A stretch of 64,000 bases of DNA from Penicillus capitatus (taxonomy: Eukaryota > Plantae > Chlorophyta). Location: NCBI GenBank assembly GCA_965649825.1, contig OZ287709.1, forward strand, positions 62,001 to 126,000, read 5' to 3'. Below, piece after piece: positions 37,741 through 49,532 of the stretch. Below the pieces are notes generated by a model. That model made no database searches. It saw nothing but the letters and a program-made list of their open reading frames with translations, and had not been told where the DNA came from. A program made the position numbers and the translations under genes. Numbering within the stretch: the stretch's first letter is position 1; each line of letters starts with the position of its first letter.

Positions 37741-40700
37741 ATGTCTGGCGGCGAACCGTCCGTGGCGAGAGAGGGCCACCAGTCGTCTCGCCCCGATTTG
37801 CATGTCCGAGAACTGGACAACCCGAAGCTTCTGCGTGCTGTTGCCAAGAAGTACAATATTGAAAGCACTAAGTCGCTCGTCGCGGCATACAACGCGACGA
37901 CAGATAAAGACGAAAGAGGTGTACTCCTTCGATGGCTTCGTCAGTATATAAGGCAGAAAGATGAGCTCTCAAGGCCCGAGAATCTTTTAGAATTCGCAGA
38001 GCTGGCGAAGGTTATACCTCTTACCACGAAAGACGAAGATCTCCTCAGAGGCACGGTTTACCTGTTTCGTACGTATCTCCAGCACGGCGAATTCCTTGAA
38101 AAGGACGCGCAGCAAAAGCCTTGCTTTCTGTGCTCACCTGGGTCGATTCGACCGTATATGACGACCCCGCGGAACTGATTGTCTTTGCCAAGAAACTACT
38201 GTTCAGTTTGTCTTCGGAGCCGAGACTAACCAAGCGTAACTTTGCAAAACACCAAACAAACTTCCTTATACTCCACCAGGTCTTTTTTCATTTGCATAGC
38301 ATCGGTCGCGGAGCTTTGCTCGAGAAAGAGAAGAAGGACCTTCGCGTAGCAGTCGCACAAAAAAGAGACGAGATGAAGCTATCCATTGCATATTACCCTG
38401 TTTTCTTTCACTTTGAGCTTATTCAGCAAGCCGTTGAACGCTTGGAAATCGAAGACGCTCCATCTCACCTCGCACAAGCAAAAAGATACACTGCATCTGG
38501 ACTCTACGGTGGGATGCATCTTCTCCATTTTCTCAGGAAGCTGGCTGGCGGTGATATCGATCCAGCATCAATTGAGGATGCGTATAAAAGAGGTCGAGCG
38601 GCAATTGCCAATGCGAGAGTATCGGAGAAGGAGTGGTATGACATAATCCAGATTCTAACAGCAGCAAGGGTTCTTGTACTCAAAGATGAGAAAAAATGTG
38701 AAATCTTCTCTCTTGCGCACGATGCGGCAATGGAAGGACAACGCAAAAAGGAAGAAAGAACGAACAAAAAACCTTGAGATTTGGAATCATCCATGAAATA
38801 AAGCAGCTGGCAAGCGACAGAGACCTGCATCGGGATACACGTAATAAAGTGACGATGAATCTGGTTGCATTGGCAACAAATCAAGCAATCTCGGAGAACT
38901 GGGTTCACGATGCAGACATCCTTACCGAGATTTTAGACTCTTTGCTCATTGTCCACAAAATCAACGAACAAAACCAAGAAACAGCTGATGCTATTCGAAA
39001 GATACAACAATCGTGCGATGGACAAGTCAGAAAGACTCTTTCAGCTTGGCTAGATGGCAATACTATGGAAGAGAAGCTTCAAATCCAATGCCAAGAAGAT
39101 ACGTACAACGAACACGAAGATTTGCTCGCCAAGACAGGTGCAACGGTTGGATATCTGCATCCGTCTACTATTCGTTCTAACATCGAAGGCCTTAAGAGAA
39201 GATACCTACACGATAATTTTGCTACGGTAAGCGCCTTTAATTTTATCTTGATCAAACATAAATTGTCTCTGTGTTAAAGGTTCCTTCCTTGTTTGAACAA
39301 GAGGATCGCAAGCATGTGACGAATATGGAGCATCATGTTGTTATGTATGAAGAAATCATCGAGAAAAGTAAAACAGAGAGAAAAGAAGAACAGTGTAAAG
39401 AAAGAGACGGAGGGGAAACGGAAGGGGAAAGTTCCACAATTCAGGAAAGAGATGATTCAAAGGAATACTACGAGCAAAAGAAGAAAGTTAGGACACCGAT
39501 TTCGGTAGAAGACTTATTCAAACCGAGATCGTTGGCTGCGGACATCGACAAGAGCGACATTCGAAGAGTGCTTCTCTATGGAAATCCCGGTTCGGGGAAG
39601 ACATGCATCAGCAAAGCCATTGCGCACAAATGGGCACTGGGAAAGATGTTGCAAGAGTTCAAAGCCTTATATCTCGTTCCGATTAGACGGCTAAATTACG
39701 TTAAAGCCAAAGGGGGACGAGGAGTGGCGCTTAAAGAAGTAATCGCACAAATGTGTTTCGAGCAAAAAGGAAGCGATGCCGAATTTGAAGAGTTGAAGAT
39801 TCAAGTCAACGACGATCTCGATGTGTCTAGCACACTGCTAGTGTTTGACGGATTAGACGAAGCCAACGATGACGCTGAGATCTCCTTTCTGAGGCGGAGA
39901 AGGGTGAATGCAAACTTCTTATACTCACACGACCATACAATCTTCAAGGGATACAGACAAGAGTCGACTGCCAGTTTGAGTGCCTTGGATTCAATGACCA
40001 ACAGCTGAGAAACTTTATAAACAAAGAACTCCAACAAAATGAAGCTTCGACACTCGTCCATTCTTTGCAACAAGAACGAGGGATGTGGGAAACAGCTCAC
40101 ATTCCTGTGACGGCGCACATTCTCTGCGCTTTATCGAAAGAACATGGTACCTCTATTGAAGCTCGAGGGAAAAGGGCTAGCATGTTTCAGATCTATGGCG
40201 ATATGACAGATTTTGTATGGAAGAGGTTCAAAGAAAATCCCAAAGCGAGAACGGCAGACAAGAGTATCGTTTTCGGAGATCTAGAGAAGATCGCTTTCGA
40301 TGCTATTAAAAAGGGCCAAATACTCATCGAACAAAGAATCGTTGAGCGTTGTGCAACATGCACAAGCACATCCAGATTTTTCAAAGAAAGTGGATTCCTC
40401 TTGCTAGTTTTGGAAGGACAAGAATATCAATTTCCTCATCTCACTTTTCAAGAGTATTTTGCTGGAAAATACATCGCCAAAAGCTTGAAGGCCAAAGGAT
40501 CAGATGACGAAAAGCAAGTACTCGGATTCATTCAAAAAGAGAAATATAATGAAAAGCACGACTTGACAATATCCTTTGCAATGCATGCATTTGCAGAAGG
40601 CCGTAGCCAGTTCGCATTGAGACAGATGCTTTCAATTATCGACGAAAGCCCCGTTGAAGTTCTTGGGATACAACACTTTTTTTTGAAGATGCGGGTTCTC

Positions 40701-41798
40701 GAGACGGTAATAGAAGAAGCAAAAGGAGACGACTTGGAAGACATTCTAAACGACAAACAAGCAGTCAAGCTGACCGAAACTGCTCGACAACTAATCGAAC
40801 GCACTATCGGCGATGATCTAATTGGTGCAATCATGGTTGAGAGGTTCCAACATTTCCCTGGCGTGTTGGAAAGATTTCCTAACGTTCTTAACGACACCGC
40901 AAACAGAGTGAAGAAAATGATAGCATGCACGAATGCGTTATCGGTCAACCAGGAGAACATTAAAAATGGTTTGAAACTCATCAAGCATTCAACTAAGGAA
41001 AGTTGCGCATTAATTCAGTTCGTATTGCAATTAGAGAGTAACAATGATCGCTATTGCTATTCGGATGAATACAGAGAAATATTATGTTCTATTGCACAAC
41101 AAATGCCCAAGCACGCCGGCGGAGTTCTTCCGGCGCTGGCAAAATGGTGCGTCGACGATTCTCGGACGGTGCGTGAGAATGCGATAAAGGCGACCGGCCG
41201 CGTCGTCGCGGCGGCGCCCCAACACGCCGGCGAAGTTCTTCCGGCGCTGGCGAATGGGTGCGTCGACAAAGACTCGATGGTGCGTTGGAATGCGATGGAG
41301 GCGACCGGCCGCGTCGTCGCGGCGGCGCCCCAACACGCCGGCGAAGTTATTCCGGCGCTGGCAAAATGGTGCGTCGACGATTCTCGGACGGTGCGTGAGA
41401 ATGCGATAAAGGCGACCGGCCGCCTCGTCGCAGCGGCGCCCCAACACGCCGGCGAAGTTCTTCCGGCGCTGGCGAATGGGTGTGTCAACGAAGACCTGAC
41501 GGTGCGTCAGAATGCAAAAGCGGCATTAAAAGAGATGACACCTGAAACGGTCGTGTTTTTGGCAATGTCATTTCTCCCCGCATATAAGACTGACCTTTCG
41601 TTCTTTTTTGCGCAACACCCGATTACATTGGACGTTCCCACAAATCGTAAAACAGTTACGATTGTTTTACATACGACTTCCTCTCAAATAATTGGAAGCT
41701 GGAGTGAGAGAGATTTTAACCTATATGTTGGTTTCTTGAAACGAAAGTTTGACAAGATGTTTCCTCGATTGCTTGAGAGTCTTAAAAAAGTAATTTGA
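37741..41798 (+). pseudogene. NACHT (STAND) NTPase with long helical N-terminal domain and C-terminal HEAT repeats; reading frame broken at 2-3 sites
   Basis: Walker A LLYGNPGSGKT, Walker B LLVFDGLDE, LLILTRP, PVTAHILC and QFPHLTFQEYFAG; one clear intron at about 39227-39279. Apparent 1-nt deletions at about 38750-38770 and 39877 have no usable GT-AG; the junction at about 38105 is a frameshift or a 44-nt intron. Confidence 0.8.
41112..41520 (+). repeat. Tandem 111-bp (37-aa) GC-rich HEAT-repeat units, about 3.7 copies in an A-B-A-B' pattern
   Basis: CACGCCGGC recurs at 41112, 41223, 41334 and 41445; units 1 and 3 differ at only 4 of 111 nt. Confidence 0.97.
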
Positions 41799-42009
41799 AC
41801 GCACATGTTGACTTCTTTGATCGTGGAAGGCAATTGATGGATAGGATTTGGCATTCTATACTTTGATCGGTTAGTTTGAAGCCTATATGATCTTAACATA
41901 CATCACACGTCTTGTTATTCTTACGCTAATTTACCAAAGAATCAAAAAACGTTTGTTGTTGTTTTTTGTTCTATAAGGTTAATCCAAATTGATTCTTTTC
42001 TTGGATTAT

Positions 42010-43887
42010 CATATCATGGTTGTCGCAGGACAGCTGTTTACCCTCGCACAGCTGTCTAAGGAACGGCGGAGATGCGCGGTTTGACGTGTTGGTTTGTTCT
42101 CCCGCGTATAGATTTCCAGACTACGTTGTTACAAACAGTCTTTGTAAACGAGAAGCCTGTCGGCCTCGCCGTTCGCGGCTGGATAGCCTGTCACTGTCAG
42201 AGGCGTCGTCGCGGTGCTCCTCCGCGTCTAGTCCGCTGTTTGAGGGGCCTGCCTCTGCGAAGTTCTCGGGCCGATCATCCTGTATTGAACTGCGCCGGGA
42301 GTCGAAAAGCCCGGCGTTGTGAACCACCCGGTCCGCGCCGCGCTGGAAGAGATCAGTCGCGTCCACACTCCTGCGCTCCGCCTCTCTGAAGTACTCGAGA
42401 GCGGCCAGGTACGGAGGGTTCCGACACAGAGGCGGGTAAGGAACAGTCGCACGCGCAATGTGTCGTGTCTCGTCGTCGGCCAGAGTGAACACGCAAACCG
42501 AACTGCGAACCTTACAAATGGAGGCAAACCCCAACGTTTCCTCCCCTCTTATCCTGCCCCGGCGATGCCACCCTCTAGGCAGATGAGTCATCCCTCGCCC
42601 AGAACCAGAGAATAAGGACTCTTCATGGTCCGGGGTCTCCTCTGACAAGACCCTGAGTGCCCCTTGGGCGCATGCCCCCGTCTTCAGCAAGACAGTCCCA
42701 TCAACCGTTTTCCTCCCATATGCTCAGTCATCTACTCCATCTTGCAGCTCTGTCATCGTTATCTTGCCGACAAAGCCGTGGTCGTAAATTCATTTTCCGC
42801 GCCTTATCGAGACGAGGGAGGCTGTGCCAATGGGCTTCAAACACGAACAGTTTTTTGGACTATTTAAAGAAACATTAGTTGCGTCTGTCTGCATGAAAGG
42901 TAAAGCAAACATACCGATGGATTTGTCGCCTGGCGATGTGACTCTGCCTTGTTGTTGAGGGGTACATGTTTTAGGGGGGTGCTGGTTGAGTCATCCGAGG
43001 CCCTCTTCTCTGGTTCTGGCGCTAGGATGACTTACTTGCCTCGACATGTCTCGTCACCACGGGGTATATAATGAACAGTCTGAACTTTGTTTCACCTTCT
43101 CCGAACACTGTGTTAAGTCTTCCGCTGTTATCGTTTGGCGCGGCACTTCCGCGGTGACAGGATTCATATCGAAAACATGAAGGCCGCGCCGCGCGAACGC
43201 GCACGAACGCGAATTACGTCGAAAGCGTATCGTTTACAGAGACTGTTCAACAGTGGTATAGAATTTATGCGTCGGAGAACGAAGGGACAAGTCACATCGT
43301 TCGTTCTCGGCCATTCCTTGGACAGCTGAGAGAAGGCGGGACAACTGTGACAGTGACATGGGTGAGGTGACACGAACGGTCACGTCGCTCGTGTTGAACA
43401 TTGCCAGCTCTTTAGCTGCTCCGAGGAAAAAAGACTCATTTCCTGGTCGCTAGCAGCTTAGTCCAAGTCTTTTGACCTCCAACCAAAACCAGCTCCAATG
43501 CCTTGTAGCCGGACTCAGGGCCCCTTACCTCCCGCTCGGTCGTACCGAGATGCTGTCAAACAGGAACCTCGTCCAAACGTCTCTCAGCTGCAAGCCCAGG
43601 CCCGAGAGCTCAGAAAGACGACCTAGAAGATTAAGGCAGAAACTCCATGTGATGATTGTCGCCGGTCGGGTCGGACAGAAAATACCAACAGCGGAAGAAT
43701 TCTCACGTTTACAGAGCAAGGGCAAACATGATACGAATTGTTCGTTTAAATACGCCAGTGGCGACGTGACATGCCGAGGCAGGTGACTCACCCTCGCGCC
43801 AGAACCAGAGGATAGCGCCTCAGGTGAGTCAACCTGCGTCCCCCCAAACGATGAACCCCTCAGAAACGAGGCAGTCACATCGCCAAG
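42010..43887. mobile_element. Cluster of three diverged copies of one repeat element (probable transposon/LTR-like remnants) in alternating orientation
   Basis: Core CTCTGGTTCTGG..GAGGRTGASTCAYCTGCCT is present at about 42575-42610 (-), 43008-43045 (+) and 43775-43810 (-). Segments 42929-43130 and 43690-43887 align as an inverted repeat of about 200 bp; 43225-43350 (+) aligns with 42020-42155 (-). Confidence 0.6.
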
Positions 43888-44246
43888 CCAGATCTTGGCG
43901 ACAATGATCGCAGTTTCCAGCTCAGACCGCTGAAGCTAAAGGGACAACGCCCGTCGTTTCGTCAACTCGCTACCCGTCTCTCGCGCAGCTCGCCACTCGA
44001 CCTGAAGGCAACTACAGAGTCGATCTTAACAGCGTCTCAGAGGAGTTGCGAATTTTTCTGCAATGCTTTCATTCCATTGCGATAGACAGTCCACTCGTCA
44101 CATCTTTCATACGTCGAGCTTCGGATCGGACGATCAGACGCTGTTGATGGACATTCCGCGCATCCGCCATCGCGTACAAATTTCCAAACGCTTCTTATTT
44201 ACGTTATCCGCTTCTACGCCTTTACTACCGTTCCACATCTCACCGG

Positions 44247-45779
44247 ATGCCGAAGGCAGGCGAAGAACAGGGGTCTCCTTCGAAAGACGTCTTTAAGGCT
44301 TCACGTACGTCTTGGACGCAGCACAAGACATGGTGGTGGTTAACCGGAGCCTTCCTTATCGGTTTCCTTGTCTGGCCTACGTGGCCATGGATGACCTCTA
44401 CAAAACCACCCCTCGCCGAACGCGATGTCAATGCCTGTCAACCTCAAGAACTTCACCTCGGTGTCACACCGGACCCGACGACAATACGTGTGACTTGGCG
44501 CACTAGCGGGCCTCTCTGTCCAAACTATGTTCGTTATCGACGACTCAACGAAACGATCTTTCGTACCGCCTATGGATTCACGTATGATGGCAGAGCATCG
44601 CAACTCTGTGGCTGGACAGCGACAGCCCATGACTATCAATGGCATTTCCACACCGTTCTGCTCAAGGACTTGGATACCGAAGGAGCCTACGGCTATCGAC
44701 TGCCATTAGATACACGTGAGACGAATTTCTTTACGAGGAAGCCGGCAGGAAGCTCGACTCCTTTCACCTTCTTTGCTCTGGCCAGTACTGGAGTGACGCG
44801 TGGACCCCTGACTGGCATGCAGATGGTTCAGAATGCCATGTTAAAGAATATGAGAAGCCATTGGATGCCAGATTTCTTTCTCCATGCTGGAGACCTGGCG
44901 ATGGCAGATGGACGACCTTCTGACTGGGAGCTCTTTATGCAACAGATTGCGTCATTTGCGTGTTCTGTACCGTGGATAGCTGGTGTTGGTGATCACGAGT
45001 ACGATGTTCAAAAGAGCAACAACCTTTTGGCCGATCCATGGGGCTCCAAACCTTATCATCCCTCGTGGGGAAATTTGGATTTTGGCGCATCGGATGGCGA
45101 ATGTGGATTGCCGATGTTTTGGAGATTCCCCAGCACGCTGGATCTCAAGCCCGAAACGTTTTTGATGACTGGAACCGAACGTCGCCTTCCATCTCCATCA
45201 CACGGTTCACCATTCTCGCCTTTTTATTTTGCATTTCGTCACGGAACGGTTCATGTAATCTTCATCTCGACAGAACACAGTATGGAGCCAGATTCTGCCC
45301 AGCGGGCTTGGCTAGAAAAGGAACTGGCATCGGTGGATCGCTGCGTTACGCCTTTTGTGGTTGTGGTAGCCCATCGGCCATTCTATGCCCCAGCCTCTCA
45401 TCCGGGAGACTACCATACAGGTCTGGGACTGCAGAAACAGTTGGAGGACCTTCTGATTGGACACCGTGTCGATGTACTCTTGACTGGGCAGATTCACAAT
45501 TACTATCGCCTCTGCGAAGCGAAAGGAGGTGTCTGCGTGGAGAATGGTAAAGGCTTGGTGTCCATCAATGTGGGAAGTGGAGGACACCCTCTTCGACCTC
45601 TTCAGCCCAACGACTTTGATTTCGCTAACATGACTGTGCACGTCAGCTGGGGATTTGGCAGGTTTAATGTTGAGGGATCTAAGCATATGGAGTTTGAGTT
45701 TATTGAGGCAGAGAGTGGCCGTGCGAAAGATACACACACATTTTGGAATCAGCATTTGTGCGAAACACCTCCTGAATGA
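44247..45779 (+). CDS. Intronless purple-acid-phosphatase-fold protein (FN3-like + metallophosphoesterase) with N-terminal membrane anchor and altered metal ligands
   Basis: 510-aa single ORF with TM segment WWWLTGAFLIGFLVW, PQELHL, IRVTWRT, FHTVLLKDL, HAGDLAMADG, GDHEYD, QRAWLEKELASVDR and HRPFY. Confidence 0.88.
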   Translation: MPKAGEEQGSPSKDVFKASRTSWTQHKTWWWLTGAFLIGFLVWPTWPWMTSTKPPLAERDVNACQPQELHLGVTPDPTTIRVTWRTSGPLCPNYVRYRRLNETIFRTAYGFTYDGRASQLCGWTATAHDYQWHFHTVLLKDLDTEGAYGYRLPLDTRETNFFTRKPAGSSTPFTFFALASTGVTRGPLTGMQMVQNAMLKNMRSHWMPDFFLHAGDLAMADGRPSDWELFMQQIASFACSVPWIAGVGDHEYDVQKSNNLLADPWGSKPYHPSWGNLDFGASDGECGLPMFWRFPSTLDLKPETFLMTGTERRLPSPSHGSPFSPFYFAFRHGTVHVIFISTEHSMEPDSAQRAWLEKELASVDRCVTPFVVVVAHRPFYAPASHPGDYHTGLGLQKQLEDLLIGHRVDVLLTGQIHNYYRLCEAKGGVCVENGKGLVSINVGSGGHPLRPLQPNDFDFANMTVHVSWGFGRFNVEGSKHMEFEFIEAESGRAKDTHTFWNQHLCETPPE

Positions 45780-45849
45780 AACTTCGTACGTCCTGTTTAG
45801 AGTTGGTTATTCTGCAATAAACGGTTTTCTTCGAACAAGGGTCTCATGC

Positions 45850-47457
45850 TCAGGGGGCATCGGATTGCTTGGTCGAGAGGAACTTCGGTCCTCTCGACAC
45901 GATACCTCCCACACCCATCCATGCTGCGACTTCATCAGCCAGGATCGCTATTCTCGCGCTGAAAACGTTCTTAGACTCGTTGCTGAAAGCAGATGCCATT
46001 CCGGCCACCCCTTTGGATAACCGATCCAGTTGCTCAGAGCCTTCTGCCTGACCTGCGTTTGCTGCCATCTCTGACAGTCGATCTGCATCACAGAAACCAA
46101 CAGTCAATGAGACAGGGGGTGAATGTATCGTCAGAAGCGTACGGATAATCCCGCCTCCAGTGTTGAAAGCTGTGTTTGCCGCTCGTGTCACTTCTGGAGG
46201 CAGATCCATGACTGTTGGCTGCATCGGCCGCGCATGGTCTCCCGGAAGAGACCGCACAGTTAGATCCAGTGAGGGAGAGATGGCCGAATTCTCCAACAGC
46301 GAAGCTAAAATGTCTGTTTCGTCGATTTCATCCGAATTGAACTTGATCAACAGATTTCGAGAGACGCCTAGGAATCACAATAAGATATAATAGGTCTTCG
46401 TGCATAGTTGAGAGCACTGTAGTAAGATTTGACGCGCTTTCGGGTGTCTTCTGGGGCAGGAGTGAATTCCTGGTTCCCTTGAGAGACATCATAGTAGAGC
46501 GGGAGAAACTGCTCGGCTAAAGGGGTGACTTGACGAACAAGGGAAGGACTGAGTCCCTTCACAGCATCGCGAATGGCCTCAGCTGTCGAACCAAAGGCCG
46601 CTGCCTGCGACAGGAATGGATGCAATACCCGCATTGCAGGCGCCACTTGCTGCAATAAAGGAATGACCTGCAGTCACATCATCTCACTCATGACCTGACC
46701 ATCTATTCCCTGACCTCTTGTGCAGGTTTGTTGTTGAAGGACATCAGAATGTTGCCAGAGCGCTGAACGGCATACTTGGAACTGATAAGGACGTGCAGGA
46801 GAGATCCCAGAGAGTGGCCCAGTCCATAAACAGGCAGATCTCTCAATTGGGTGTCCTGCAGAAGGAGCTGCCCGTATGCACGATCGAACTTGAATTGTGT
46901 TTCGTCTGCGGATCTGAGATGATCAAAATGTGTGCTGAAAGGCGTCGCAATGACAAGAATCTGTCTTTCAGCCAAGGCTTCCAGAAATTGACGGTAGGCC
47001 AATTGAGGAGCGACGCCGATGAAGGCCCCTCCCATGAAATGCACGATGGCTTCAGGAGCTCCTGTCTTTGGGAAGAGGACCCAAGCACCCGAGATCTCTC
47101 TCCAGTCGTAGCGCCCTCCAGACGAGCGGGTCTCGAACATGACATCCTGGATGGACAGCAAAGCATCAAGTGATAGATGGATTGGTGGACACACCACGAT
47201 GCACCTACCTCAAGCACGCGTTCGAGTGCCGTTACTCTCGTATTGGGTGTCACGGCCGAGCCCTTAGGAGTTTTGTCCTGCTGATCGTTGGAGGTTGCCT
47301 GAAGAGGCATCGACAGTCGACAGCGGCTTCGACATACACGTGCATCTCCACGAACGCCATCTTCATCGACGCTTCTCTTTCGACGAGGGCGAAGCACAAC
47401 TGCCTGTACAGGTGCGAGCAATCGCTGTTGCTGAGCAGAGCCGAGACGCAGATGCAT
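45850..47457 (-). CDS. DUF1350 alpha/beta-hydrolase-like plastid protein
   Basis: Transit-peptide-like N-terminus; IVHFMGGAFIGVAPQLAYRQFLEAL, VYGLGHSLGSLL, NILMSFNNKPA and IKFNSDEIDETDIL. Confidence 0.88.
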
Positions 47458-48546
47458 TGTTGCTGGAATCGACCAACCGTTCGTTATGGTTTGGTCGATG
47501 TGGCTGTGACGATGGAATGAGATACGCCGCGTCGAGGATTGGATAGAGCACGAGGCCCGCTAACTTCGAGACGGACGGTTCGCGTGGAGGAGACGGTGCG
47601 TTTCTGAAATGGCAGTGGCAACAACAACAATGAAACGTTCAACGGGCTTCTGTCCGAGTTAAAATGGCAGATTTCAGTTCTCAGAGTTGACGATCTCGTC
47701 AACAAATGTTTATTCCATGTGTTGCATGTATTGGTCATAGGTTAAGTCCGAGGGTCATTTACACGTTCACCTCCGCAGTTATTTGACAATGGACATCCAA
47801 GTTCTTCACTCACTCAGTTCGATGATAATGCTGATCTGATCGACCGACTGACGCATCCAAACGGCCGATCTGTCGTTCTGTCTAGAAGACTTGTTAAACG
47901 AGCCCACCACTACACTTGCCCATGTGAGCTGTCCATACAACAGAGTTCGGCGTTTGTTGTGTTATTGCAGTTATGCATGACGTCTGTTTTGCTGATCCGA
48001 TTGATCGATTGCTGGCTTGTTACCCAAAGTTCACACTGTTTCTTTTGTAATCTAAACAGACCCACCCAGTGATCATTGAAGAGGCAAAGAAACAACCCAC
48101 GTTCATAATCTGCTGTTGACCAGGACATTCACACAGGAATGGATTATTTGAGTTGTGTCGAAATGTTCTATCAAGCGCCATCGTTTATCCGTGGAGGTAC
48201 AGAACTGTGCAAGCTTGACAGAAAAACAATCAAAGCTACCGCACCAATCGGTAGGTAAGGGGGTCAGAATCTAGTCTTGAATGTACATGGATCAGAGAGT
48301 ATGAGAAACAAAACTTCATGAATACCTCTTCGCTGCACCCTAACTTGCCGCACCACTTGTAACAGCAATAACAACAGATTATGTGAAGGAGAACACATCG
48401 ACTGACAGACAGAGTCACTCAGTGAAAAATTAATTCCGGTACTGACACTGAAGATCTCGCCTGCCAGACGACATTTGTGCTAAAAATCCCATGAGTGATA
48501 ATGAACACATGGTACGAGATTCGGTAATAGTAGTAGAGAGAGATGG

Positions 48547-48583
48547 GTTGTTGTTGTTCTGGTTGTTCTGGTTGTTGTTGTTG
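48547..48583. repeat. Imperfect (GTT)n microsatellite
   Basis: gttgttgttgttctggttgttctggttgttgttgttg. Confidence 0.8.
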
Positions 48584-49532
48584 CAATCAAATACGACTTG
48601 AACACGATACCATATTTGGCAAATGTGAAGACCTCGCGTACAACACAATGCTTTCTGAGACCATCATCACTCCCGTCTCAAGCTGATATCTCTTATGCTC
48701 ATTCAGACAAAATCATCATCGGACGGATGGACCTTCATTTTGTTCAGTACTAAAGATTTTCTTTGTCTAATCTCAATCAATCTGACATGAGGAGGACACA
48801 TCACACAACACAAATGAAGTTTGCCGATGAGAGGTTTTGAAAAATGAAGACCCAAACAACGGTTTCAGTCAATTTAGTGATTTTCTTCTTATCAACATAA
48901 CGCAAGCAACGTAACGCAAGCAAAGCGACACCAACAATTGCAAAGACGAATTTTTAGGTTCATCAATGACAGAGAATTGCTTTATCCAAAGTCATGGTCG
49001 AAAGAAAGCGTCTGGAATTATTTCCGTTATGTCGACTCCTGACAGAGAGATTATCCAAACTTGAATAAATTCGCTTGATGTATTGCTGGAAGCATCACCC
49101 GCTTCGACAACGGAGAGACTTCTTCACACTTTCACTCTCGTGTCTTTATCCGTCAAGGAGAGAAGCAATGCGTCTACACTGAGATATCAAAAAAACAAGC
49201 AAAAGAAAAAAAGCATCGCACGAAGCAGTTGCCATGCTTCAGCCCTAAGCTTAAATCAGAGAGCGTAAGTTCCTCAAATAATCCATTCTTTAGAAAATCA
49301 GGAATAATTCAACAGATTGAGTACGAAAGAGAAGAAGTGTGTTTTACCCTAGGACAGGTGCGATCCTCATCAACAGGACTGACTGGCTGGCTGGCTAACT
49401 GGCTGAAGGTCCCACACAACTAAGAAACTTGATTGATGGTGATAACCGGGTCTAATCGTCTGGCCTTGTCGATTCTAAGAGCAAGAAACAGAATTCTTGG
49501 CTTCTTGAACCCTGGCAGCTTGTGCTCAATGT

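Noticed and set aside
41112-41520. Regularly spaced direct repeats resembling a CRISPR array
   Set aside because: They are in-frame coding repeats of 111 bp with homologous variable parts, not unique spacers, and there are no cas genes in this eukaryotic context.
47560-49500. About 2 kb AT-rich gap with small ORFs; searched for tRNA, snRNA and snoRNA-like structure
   Set aside because: No cloverleaf, box motifs or convincing ORF seen by eye; only a microsatellite.
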